Assembly: GCA_009991965.1 (NCBI GenBank)
Contig: JAACWQ010000007.1
Location: 1-60,075 of the forward strand
Length of the DNA: 60,075 bases
Direction of reading: 5' to 3'
From: Minisyncoccota bacterium
GTDB lineage: Bacteria > Patescibacteriota > Microgenomatia > UBA1400 > PJMF01
The notes under the pieces are model-generated. The model made no database searches. It was not told where the DNA came from and saw only the letters and a program-made list of their open reading frames with translations. Positions 1-6,808 of the stretch are shown in pieces (within the stretch, counting starts at the first letter, position 1; each line of letters opens with the position of its first letter). Both the position numbers and the translations under genes were made by a program.

Positions 1-2520
1 AACACCACTATAGTTGGCAGCGCAGATTTTGTCGGTGGCACCAGTACTGGCACCCTCACCTTCTCTGGGGTCACAACTGACATAACTACGGGCACCAACC
101 AACACCTCGCGCTCATGCCAAATGGCACTGGCAACGTCGGCATCGGGACGACGGGGCCCTTTACCAACCTACAGATAGTTGGCAGAATGAATGTTGGAAC
201 GACCACCCAGTCTTCGTTTGCACATGCCAACTCTAAATTACAGATTCTTAGTGCTGGAGCCAGTGAAGCTTCGATTGGATTTTGGGAAAGTGGTCAAGCA
301 GCCGCTTTAATTGGTCACGCAGCATCAAGCTCAAATTTTTATATCACAAACACATATGCTGGTGACGCTATTGGAACCGCTGCAAAATCCATCACTCTCG
401 ATCAAAACGGCAACGTCGGCATTGGGACGACGGAGCCGAGTACAAAACTAGAAATTGTTGAGGGAAACGGAACAACTGTTTATCAAGAAGGCACTATTGA
501 TGTAACAAGAACCGTTAGTGGATATAGCGTTAACCCAGTGGGTATGAGGGCTACTGTCTCAGGCGCTGCGACTTATGAAGGCCATGGAGTATTCGGTGTT
601 GCAAGTGTTGAGGGAACCAACTATGGTGTTTATGGACTAGCTCAAGGAACCTCAACTAATTATGGAGTGTATTGTTTGGCACAATCGGGCACCACTAATC
701 GCTGTGGAGGAAATCAAGTGTGGACAAATACTTCTGACGCAAGAGTAAAACGCAACATCACAAAAATAACAAACGCTCTCGACAAAGTTACTAGCTTGCG
801 TGGAGTCAGTTTTTACCGCACCGATGACGGCTCAACAAACTTGCAAATTGGCTTTATAGCCCAAGAAGTCTTGCCCATTGTTCCAGAGGTAGTTCACTAC
901 GATCTAAGAGCCGATCTATACTCAATGGATTATGCATCTTTAACAGCACTGCTCACCAACGCCATTCAAGAACAGCAAGTCCTGATCGCCACCCTCGCCA
1001 CCAACGGCGAGCTCTCCTTCTCTTCCACCGGAGAAGTCCTCATCGCGGGGCAACTAGATAATTATCAAGTCACTGCTGGCATCGACGATTCGCTCGTTAC
1101 CAAAATCGCAGTTCTCGCAGAATCCGCGATTGGCAAACTCCGCGCTGGCCTTATCACCACCCAAGACCTCGTTGTCACCAAATCTGCCATTATTGCCGAT
1201 CTCTCGGTCACTACTCTAAGAATAGGTGAACAATCCATCCAAACCTATGTTGAGCAAATCGTAGCCACTGCTCTACAAAACAATTCACAAACACTCCCCG
1301 CCCAAACACTCGTCAGTCCTGTGGCCAATCTCGATTCGATTACTACCCAAACTGCAACTGTTTCTGGTAGCACCACTACGCAATCGCTCACTGTCTCGGG
1401 CGAAACCAAACTTGGTGCCTTGGTCGCCCAAGAAATTACCACCCCTACCCTCGTGGCCAGCCAGATCGAAGCCACCTCAGCGCGGATTGCCGCACTCGAG
1501 GTCGGTATGGCGCAACTCGAGTCGGTCCGCGCCCAGACTGCCGAGATCGTTGATGCCACTATCTCTGGTACGCTCTACGCCAACAACATTTACGGCTTTG
1601 AGGAAAAACTAGCTACCAGTCTGAGAGAACCGACTCTCCTCGAGACACTCCTTGGCCAACAAACAGCTGCCCCAGGCAGTGCTGACGCGATTGCAGCGGC
1701 AGAACTCGCTGGCTTCCAAGCCACCCCATCGGCTGCGCTCCAAGCGACACTAGCAGAGCTGCAACTCAGCGAGGGTGATGTTGTCCTCTCGAGCGCTGCG
1801 CTGTTTGTCGACCAATACTTCTCTGTCAACGGCACCGGCTACATTGCAGACTCCCTCGGCATTGGCAACAAACTCTATGTTGGTGACGGCCTCGAGTTCT
1901 CTGATGGCATGATTGCGTATAACCCAACCGGAGTTGAGCACCCTACTCTCTACATCCAGCCATCTGGTATGGGTTCCATCTCGCTGCTTGCTGGTCTGAT
2001 GACGTTGTCCGATGATGGGACAGTCGCGATCAACGGAGACTTAAACGTCGCCGGCACCCTCAAGACCGATACTCTACTCTCCAACTTGTTGCAACCAGCC
2101 GACTTTGGCAATCCATTCCAAGTGCAAGTGGCTGGTATCTCGACAGAATCTGGCCAGGTCAAGCAGTCGCGCTTTGAGATTATCAATGAGCTTGGTACGC
2201 CAGTGGCGACCATCTCCGCCCAAGGCAAGGCAGATTTTGCTGGCGGCATTGGGGTTGGCAGCGATACCCAAGTAGCAACTGGTAGCAGCGAAATAAATAC
2301 CGACAAAACTTCTGGTAAGGCCACGATCGCAGCTGGCACCAGCGAGCTTGTCATCCACTCTACCGTCCTGAGCGAGGACAGCCTGATCTACGTCACTCCG
2401 GGTGGCAGTACGGGAAATAAAGTTCTCTACGTCAAGAGCCAGCAAGCAGATCAATTTGTGGTTGGATTTGACAGCGCGACAACAAGCAACGTGTCATTCA
2501 ATTGGTGGGTGGTAAATTAA
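1..2520 (+). CDS. Fibre-like surface protein, 5' end outside the window, with an internal peptidase-S74 intramolecular-chaperone domain
   Basis: Frame 1 is open from nt 1 (NTTIVGSADFVGG...HLAL precedes the first Met at 115), so the gene starts upstream. It has repeated GNVGIGTT(G/E)P motifs. An S74-type segment, SDARVKRNI...LRGVSFYR...IGFIAQEV..PEVV...LLTNAIQEQQ, is present. Stop TAA at 2518-2520. Confidence 0.75.
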   Translation, partial: NTTIVGSADFVGGTSTGTLTFSGVTTDITTGTNQHLALMPNGTGNVGIGTTGPFTNLQIVGRMNVGTTTQSSFAHANSKLQILSAGASEASIGFWESGQAAALIGHAASSSNFYITNTYAGDAIGTAAKSITLDQNGNVGIGTTEPSTKLEIVEGNGTTVYQEGTIDVTRTVSGYSVNPVGMRATVSGAATYEGHGVFGVASVEGTNYGVYGLAQGTSTNYGVYCLAQSGTTNRCGGNQVWTNTSDARVKRNITKITNALDKVTSLRGVSFYRTDDGSTNLQIGFIAQEVLPIVPEVVHYDLRADLYSMDYASLTALLTNAIQEQQVLIATLATNGELSFSSTGEVLIAGQLDNYQVTAGIDDSLVTKIAVLAESAIGKLRAGLITTQDLVVTKSAIIADLSVTTLRIGEQSIQTYVEQIVATALQNNSQTLPAQTLVSPVANLDSITTQTATVSGSTTTQSLTVSGETKLGALVAQEITTPTLVASQIEATSARIAALEVGMAQLESVRAQTAEIVDATISGTLYANNIYGFEEKLATSLREPTLLETLLGQQTAAPGSADAIAAAELAGFQATPSAALQATLAELQLSEGDVVLSSAALFVDQYFSVNGTGYIADSLGIGNKLYVGDGLEFSDGMIAYNPTGVEHPTLYIQPSGMGSISLLAGLMTLSDDGTVAINGDLNVAGTLKTDTLLSNLLQPADFGNPFQVQVAGISTESGQVKQSRFEIINELGTPVATISAQGKADFAGGIGVGSDTQVATGSSEINTDKTSGKATIAAGTSELVIHSTVLSEDSLIYVTPGGSTGNKVLYVKSQQADQFVVGFDSATTSNVSFNWWVVN
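733..993 (+). other. Peptidase-S74 (tail-spike/endosialidase intramolecular chaperone) domain segment inside the fibre-like CDS
   Basis: The codon at 733 is the Ser of the T-S-D-A-R-V-K motif. About 87 aa match the S74 consensus as I recall it (SD.r.K.nI......l..L..v.f......-GfiAQev..v.Pe.v...). Confidence 0.7.
2482..2520 (+). repeat. Gene-end repeat copy A (the functional 3' end of the fibre-like gene, TSNVSFNWWVVN*)
   Basis: acaagcaacgtgtcattcaattggtgggtggtaaattaa. Homologous to copies at 2894-2935 and 4227-4268. Confidence 0.85.
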
Positions 2521-2528
2521 ATACCACA

Positions 2529-2557
2529 TTGACATTGTATATACAATGCAATATTAT
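2529..2557 (+). promoter_or_regulatory. Sigma70-like promoter (TTGACA-17-TATTAT) with a 16-bp perfect palindrome in the spacer
   Basis: TTGACA at 2529-2534, TATTAT at 2552-2557. The palindrome CATTGTATATACAATG at 2533-2548 is its own reverse complement. It sits 6 nt upstream of the GTG start of the RHH gene, so it is a plausible autoregulatory operator. Confidence 0.5.
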
Positions 2558-2563
2558 TAGTTC

Positions 2564-2839
2564 GTGAAGCAAATCGATTGGAGCGAGGAGAAAAAAATAC
2601 TACAAGACTTTGATAGCGGATTATTACAATCTGTTCCCAATCTTAAATCAGAAAGCAAACGCTACGCCAGTTATGCAAAGGCAACACTCGCCAAAAAGAA
2701 AACTATTTCTTTCAGAATTTCAGAGCCGGTACTCAACGAGCTTAAGTCGCGTGCCGAAGAAGCGGGATTGCCCTATCAAACGTTACTCTCAACCCTCATT
2801 CATCAGTTTACCAGCAGAAAAATTGCTCTTAAATTGTAA
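2564..2839 (+). CDS. Ribbon-helix-helix CopG/BrnA-type antitoxin-like protein, with no adjacent toxin gene
   Basis: The C-terminal KKTISFRISEPVLNELKSRAEEAGLPYQTLLSTLIHQFTSRKI matches the CopG-antitoxin/BrnA pattern (isiRl...l..lk..A...GipYQtLi...lh.y). GTG start; an in-frame stop lies just upstream at 2558. Confidence 0.7.
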   Translation: MKQIDWSEEKKILQDFDSGLLQSVPNLKSESKRYASYAKATLAKKKTISFRISEPVLNELKSRAEEAGLPYQTLLSTLIHQFTSRKIALKL

Positions 2840-2893
2840 TGTTGTTCCCGAATTTTTAACTTGACACATTAAATATTCGGTATATGTACCAGA

Positions 2894-2935
2894 ACAAATG
2901 TCGCTGTGCCGTTCAACTGGTGGGTGGTGAATTGA
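2894..2935 (+). repeat. Gene-end repeat copy B (translates TNVAVPFNWWVVN* in its own frame)
   Basis: acaaatgtcgctgtgccgttcaactggtgggtggtgaattga. Conserved with copy A at both nucleotide and peptide level, including a terminal stop. Not part of any long ORF in that frame. Confidence 0.85.
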
Positions 2936-2960
2936 CAGAGAGCAATTCTTGCAATATAAT
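2932..2960 (+). promoter_or_regulatory. Perfect consensus sigma70 promoter (TTGACA-17-TATAAT), 7 nt upstream of the ATPase-1 ATG
   Basis: TTGACA at 2932-2937 straddles the end of repeat copy B (aatTGA|CA). TATAAT at 2955-2960, ATG at 2968. The geometry implies a leaderless or near-leaderless mRNA. Confidence 0.6.
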
Positions 2961-2967
2961 TCACAGT

Positions 2968-4221
2968 ATGAATAAAAGTTATTCACAAGATGAATTATAT
3001 TACTCTCGCTGGCTCACAGAACATCTCAAAGACGCGCTGGAAACCCATGCGGTCATTGTCCTCACCGGCGCGCGGCAAGTAGGCAAAAGCACTCTTTTGC
3101 GCAACGAGGAACCGTTCCGTTCCTGGCGTTACCACACCTTCGACGATCTCGAAACTTTGGAGCAAGCGCGAACCAACCCAACCAGCCTCTGGGCCGGAAC
3201 AGAAAACATCGTACTCGATGAGGTGCAGCGAGCACCAGAAGTACTCTTGGCTGTCAAACAAGCTATAGACACTCATCCGAAGAAGTACCGCTTTGTGCTT
3301 TCCGGTTCAGCAAACTTACTGCTCATGCAGCAGGTCAGCGAGAGCCTGGCGGGGCGCGCCGTCTACTTTGTCTTGCACCCGCTCACCTTGGGTGAACAGC
3401 ATCGACAGCCTCCCCCCCCTTTGCTGACAGACCTTCTGAGCGCCCAGTGGCCCAGTGAGTCGCTGGTTGCTACACAGCCCCCAGAGCCAGGTAGCTTTCT
3501 CCTGCGCGGAGCAATGCCCGGGTTGGTGGCTCTCACGGCACCGGCAGCCTGGTTGCGCTGGTGGGAAGGCTATATCCTCACGTATCTTGAGCGAGACCTC
3601 AGACAGATTGCCCAAATCGATGCCCTGCTTGACTATCGCCGATTGATGGAACTCTTGGCCTTACATACTGGCCAGTTACTCAATCAATCTGAGATAGGCC
3701 GCGATGCTGGCCTCACACAACCGACCGCCCATCGCTACATCAATCTACTGGAAACCACACACCTTCTGGAGCGCCTTGCTCCCTATACTGCGGGTCGTAT
3801 CCAGCGACTAGTGAAATCGTCCAAAGTATTCTGGACAGATCCTGCCTTGCCAGTCTTTTTGTCTGGTTATTTCGATGAAGAGAGTCTCAGAACTTCTCGT
3901 GAATTTGGATCATTTTTTGAAGCACTTGTGTACCAACATCTGCGGGTATTGTCCGAGTTGATGGTGCCCAAAGCCCGTCTCTACTTCTGGCGCACCCGCA
4001 CGGGGCAAGAGGTAGATTTTGTTGTAGAACAGGGAAAAAAACTTTTGGCTATCGAAGTCAAATTGACCAAAAATCCTCACTACCAAGATACCGCAGGACT
4101 GCGCTCCTTTCTGGAAACACATAAAAGCGCACAAGGTGGTGTTTTGCTCCACGCAGGCAAAGAGATCCGGTACTTGGACGAGCGCATTATCGCCATACCG
4201 TGGACGCTGATAACTGGCTAA
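2968..4221 (+). CDS. AAA ATPase (AAA_14 type) fused to a DUF4143 / PD-(D/E)xK-like domain, paralogue 1
   Basis: Walker A LTGARQVGKSTLL, Walker B IVLDEVQ, C-terminal nuclease-like motif EVDFVVEQGKKLLAIEVK. I use Met29 of the tracked ORF (2884) because the upstream part is repeat copy B read in another frame and the consensus promoter sits at 2932-2960. Confidence 0.85.
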   Translation: MNKSYSQDELYYSRWLTEHLKDALETHAVIVLTGARQVGKSTLLRNEEPFRSWRYHTFDDLETLEQARTNPTSLWAGTENIVLDEVQRAPEVLLAVKQAIDTHPKKYRFVLSGSANLLLMQQVSESLAGRAVYFVLHPLTLGEQHRQPPPPLLTDLLSAQWPSESLVATQPPEPGSFLLRGAMPGLVALTAPAAWLRWWEGYILTYLERDLRQIAQIDALLDYRRLMELLALHTGQLLNQSEIGRDAGLTQPTAHRYINLLETTHLLERLAPYTAGRIQRLVKSSKVFWTDPALPVFLSGYFDEESLRTSREFGSFFEALVYQHLRVLSELMVPKARLYFWRTRTGQEVDFVVEQGKKLLAIEVKLTKNPHYQDTAGLRSFLETHKSAQGGVLLHAGKEIRYLDERIIAIPWTLITG

Positions 4222-4226
4222 ATACT

Positions 4227-4268
4227 ACTAACATTGCTGTACCGTTCAACTAGTGGGTGGTAAATTAA
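4227..4268 (+). repeat. Gene-end repeat copy C (decayed: TNIAVPFN*WVVN*)
   Basis: actaacattgctgtaccgttcaactagtgggtggtaaattaa. By-eye identity to copy B is ~80%. It carries an internal TAG where copies A and B have TGG. Confidence 0.85.
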
Positions 4269-4274
4269 CTAATT

Positions 4275-4325
4275 TTGTCGCAATTTATATAAATTGAGAC
4301 ATTTCATTGTCGCAATTTTATAAAA
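4275..4325 (+). repeat. Two direct copies of TTGTCGCAATTT + AT-rich tail, 32 bp apart, in the ATPase-2 upstream region
   Basis: ttgtcgcaatttatataaa at 4275-4293 and ttgtcgcaattttataaaa at 4307-4325. A possible promoter is TTGTCG(4307)-18-TACAAT(4331-4336). A GAAGG RBS precedes the ATG at 4358. Confidence 0.5.
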
Positions 4326-4357
4326 TGTGTTACAATATCACAAAGAAAGAAGGCAGT

Positions 4358-5488
4358 ATGATCGACCGAGTTCTTGAAAAGGACATTGAACAGTATCTCT
4401 TTCGCGGGCGCGTTATCACAATTTACGGCGCACGTAGAGTTGGCAAAACAACACTCGTCAAGAAAGTTCTGCAAAATCACCCGGACAAGCGCACCCGCTA
4501 CCTCAACTGTGACCTACAATCAGTGCAGACTGCACTCAGTATCAAAGAAGCCAAACCGCTCAAGTCTTACTTAGGTGAATATGATCTGGTTGTGCTAGAC
4601 GAAGCCCAAAATATCCCTGATGTGGGCAAAATACTAAAAATACTGGTGGACACGTACCCACAGATGCAAATTATCGCTACAGGCTCTTCCTCATTTGATC
4701 TAGCAAATAGTACTGGCGAGCCACTCACTGGGCGCGCCTATCCCCTGCGACTCTATCCTGTTTCTTTACAGGAGTTAGCAGGCAAAAGTGGTTACAGTAT
4801 CATCGAGCCACAACTGAATAACTTCCTACGCTTTGGTCTCTACCCAAGTATTATTGACCTCTCAGAACGAGACGCTCAGATCCAACTGCAGGAGTTGGTT
4901 TCAAGCTATCTTTATCGAGATGTGCTTGCATACATCGGCGTCAAACGCTCCAAAATGGTAAGCGACCTCTTACGACTCTTGGCGCTCCAAGTTGGTAATG
5001 AAGTATCCTACCCAGAACTGGGAACAATCTTAGGTCTAGATCGCAGAACAGTTCTCTCCTACATTGACATTCTAGAACAATCATTTGTTGTCTTTACCTT
5101 GAGTGGCTTCAGTCGTAACCTGAGAAAAGAAGTCAGTAAAACCCAAAAAATTTATTTCTATGACATGGGAGTTCGCAATGCTCTTTTGCAGGCTTTTGCG
5201 CCCCTCTCCCTGCGCAACGACGTGGGCGCACTCTGGGAAAACTTCTGTATTGTAGAGCGCCTCAAAAAAGCCAACAACACCGGACTTACCAATAATCGCT
5301 ACTTCTGGCGCACCTATGACAAGAAGGAAATCGACTACATCGAGGAGCGTGATGGGATTCTCTCTGGTTTCGAGTTCAAGTGGAATCCAAAGCGCAGCAT
5401 GAGGGTACCCAAGGAATTCCTGGATACCTACCCAGGCAGTACTGTCGAGCAAGTAGATAGAGGTAACTACTGGCGTCATCTACTCTAG
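4358..5488 (+). CDS. AAA ATPase (AAA_14) + DUF4143 / PD-(D/E)xK-like domain, paralogue 2
   Basis: Walker A IYGARRVGKTTLV, Walker B VVLDEAQ, C-terminal EIDYIEERDGILSGFEFK. Start moved to Met18 (MIDRVLEK), which has a GAAGG RBS 5 nt upstream. Confidence 0.85.
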   Translation: MIDRVLEKDIEQYLFRGRVITIYGARRVGKTTLVKKVLQNHPDKRTRYLNCDLQSVQTALSIKEAKPLKSYLGEYDLVVLDEAQNIPDVGKILKILVDTYPQMQIIATGSSSFDLANSTGEPLTGRAYPLRLYPVSLQELAGKSGYSIIEPQLNNFLRFGLYPSIIDLSERDAQIQLQELVSSYLYRDVLAYIGVKRSKMVSDLLRLLALQVGNEVSYPELGTILGLDRRTVLSYIDILEQSFVVFTLSGFSRNLRKEVSKTQKIYFYDMGVRNALLQAFAPLSLRNDVGALWENFCIVERLKKANNTGLTNNRYFWRTYDKKEIDYIEERDGILSGFEFKWNPKRSMRVPKEFLDTYPGSTVEQVDRGNYWRHLL

Positions 5489-5517
5489 TAGATAGACAAA
5501 AAACGGGCAACTTGACA

Positions 5518-6153
5518 CTATTTCACAATGCACACATTATTATGTGCAAATGGAATCATATAATAACGCTCAAGTGCCTCAACTCTTCTTTGGAGAGATT
5601 TTGAGAAAGCCTGGGCATAGCTTAGTAGTTTCTCTGTACTAATACCTACCAAAGACCACTCGCCTACTTCTGAGTATGCCAAGCCCCTATCTACAAGATA
5701 GAGCTGATCAATGATGGCCTTCTCTGGCTCTGCTAAGGCACCCAGTGGGGTTTGTGTGTAGCCAAAATAATACTTTTGGTCAAGTTGGCGAAATTGTACT
5801 TCTTGATCGCCGAGAAGTAGTTTCTTTGATCTCTTGGTCGTGGCAAAGGTGAGAGCGTATGGTTGCTGACTCAAAATACCGTGGCGGGCTAGTGCTGATT
5901 CGAAAGAGAGATATGACGGATAATACATTTGGTTGGCCACATGCTCGAGTTGAGCTGTTTGTGATTTAGTTTGAAATATTCCCCTAGAGAGACGTACTAG
6001 TGCGCCCCTCTTTACCAGGCGGTGGATAGAAACGGTCAGACTTTTTCTGGAACGATTAAAGATTTTTTCCAAATCTGCCATTGTAAAGTACGCCTGAGAA
6101 ACCTTCTCAAGTTCTTGAATAAATTGGTAATCGCTTATTCTTATGGTAGCCAT
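5518..6153 (-). CDS. abiEi: AbiEi-family antitoxin / transcriptional regulator (type IV TA)
   Basis: N-terminal wHTH-like FTMADLEKIFNRSRKSLTVSIHRLVKRGALVRLSRGIF, followed by PSYLSFESALARHGILSQQPYALTFATTKR, typical of AbiEi. Overlaps the upstream AbiEii gene by 13 nt. Confidence 0.8.
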   Translation of the reverse strand: MATIRISDYQFIQELEKVSQAYFTMADLEKIFNRSRKSLTVSIHRLVKRGALVRLSRGIFQTKSQTAQLEHVANQMYYPSYLSFESALARHGILSQQPYALTFATTKRSKKLLLGDQEVQFRQLDQKYYFGYTQTPLGALAEPEKAIIDQLYLVDRGLAYSEVGEWSLVGISTEKLLSYAQAFSKSLQRRVEALERYYMIPFAHNNVCIVK

Positions 6154-6692
6154 GATTCCAAGATTTTCCTTTCACTCTCTGGTAGGAATTTATGCATTTC
6201 TCTTTCTATACGCTCAAGTGTTGCAACCTGGGCTAGGACAGTGAGTGAGGTCACGCGACTGTTGAGTACGACCAATTCAAAATCGTCTCCCCTCTTCCAC
6301 TGCCCATCAATGCGACGAGTCGATGCCTCAAACTTGATTGAAAAGTTTTGCACCAAAAATGACTCTTTGACCTGAATCCTGACAAAATAAGTGTTTTGCT
6401 TTTGAATACATTCTGTAATGGTAATGGTATCGTATTCGTGCTCTATCGATCTCAGCACTCGGTCACACGACTCTTTGTCAAAATCACCAATCATGGAGAA
6501 ATCGAGATCCTCTGAAAAACGTGGGCAGCCATATGCCAACCGCAGTGCTGTGCCACCCTTGAACACAAATGAGCTGCCTATCTCGCTCTCAAACAACCTT
6601 TTCAAAACAATCATTTCATACTCCTCGCGCACGATTTGTTCTAAGGGGATACGAAGAGTTTTTTGCAGTTGGTCAGCTACTTGCTTGTTCAT
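6141..6692 (-). CDS. abiEii: AbiEii/AbiGii-family nucleotidyltransferase toxin (short, 183 aa)
   Basis: The FVFKGGTALRLAYGCPRFSEDLDFS motif (GGT ... EDLDF) is the AbiEii nucleotidyltransferase signature. Confidence 0.8.
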   Translation of the reverse strand: MNKQVADQLQKTLRIPLEQIVREEYEMIVLKRLFESEIGSSFVFKGGTALRLAYGCPRFSEDLDFSMIGDFDKESCDRVLRSIEHEYDTITITECIQKQNTYFVRIQVKESFLVQNFSIKFEASTRRIDGQWKRGDDFELVVLNSRVTSLTVLAQVATLERIEREMHKFLPESERKILESWLP

Positions 6693-6773
6693 AGTAAAAC
6701 CCTGTTTTTGTTAACTTCGATTGAACTATTATGACTCAAATCGTTTTTTTAGCAAGGGGCCCATTTTGGTTAC

Positions 6774-6802
6774 TTTACAAAAAACACCATAAGTTGTATA
6801 GT
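6774..6802 (+). promoter_or_regulatory. Sigma70-like promoter (TTTACA-17-TATAGT), 6 nt upstream of the ATPase-3 ATG
   Basis: TTTACA at 6774-6779, TATAGT at 6797-6802, ATG at 6809. Leaderless geometry. Confidence 0.5.
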
Positions 6803-6808
6803 ATTACT

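Noticed and set aside
1-2520. Prophage, suggested by the tail-spike-type S74 domain
   Set aside because: No capsid, terminase, portal, tail-tube, lysis or integrase genes occur in the window. The S74 module alone is also known in cellular surface proteins.
2884-2967. N-terminal extensions of tracked ORFs (2884-2967, 4307-4357, 6731-6808, 23777-23929, 52311-52514)
   Set aside because: The extensions lack similarity to paralogues. They overlap repeats, promoters or divergent genes, and they precede internal Mets with better RBS or promoter geometry. Shorter gene models were adopted.
2521-4268. Classical integron (intI + attC cassettes)
   Set aside because: No integrase gene is in the window. 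The repeats are direct copies of a coding 3' end rather than imperfect-palindrome attC sites. Each unit has its own promoter, unlike typical promoterless integron cassettes.
5498-6712. Short inverted repeat flanking the AbiE pair (ACAAAAAACGGG at ~5498-5511 versus CCCTGTTTTTGT at ~6699-6712)
   Set aside because: Only ~9/11 positions are complementary, and the sequence is homopolymer-rich. It is too short and degenerate to call terminal inverted repeats without statistics or extra copies.
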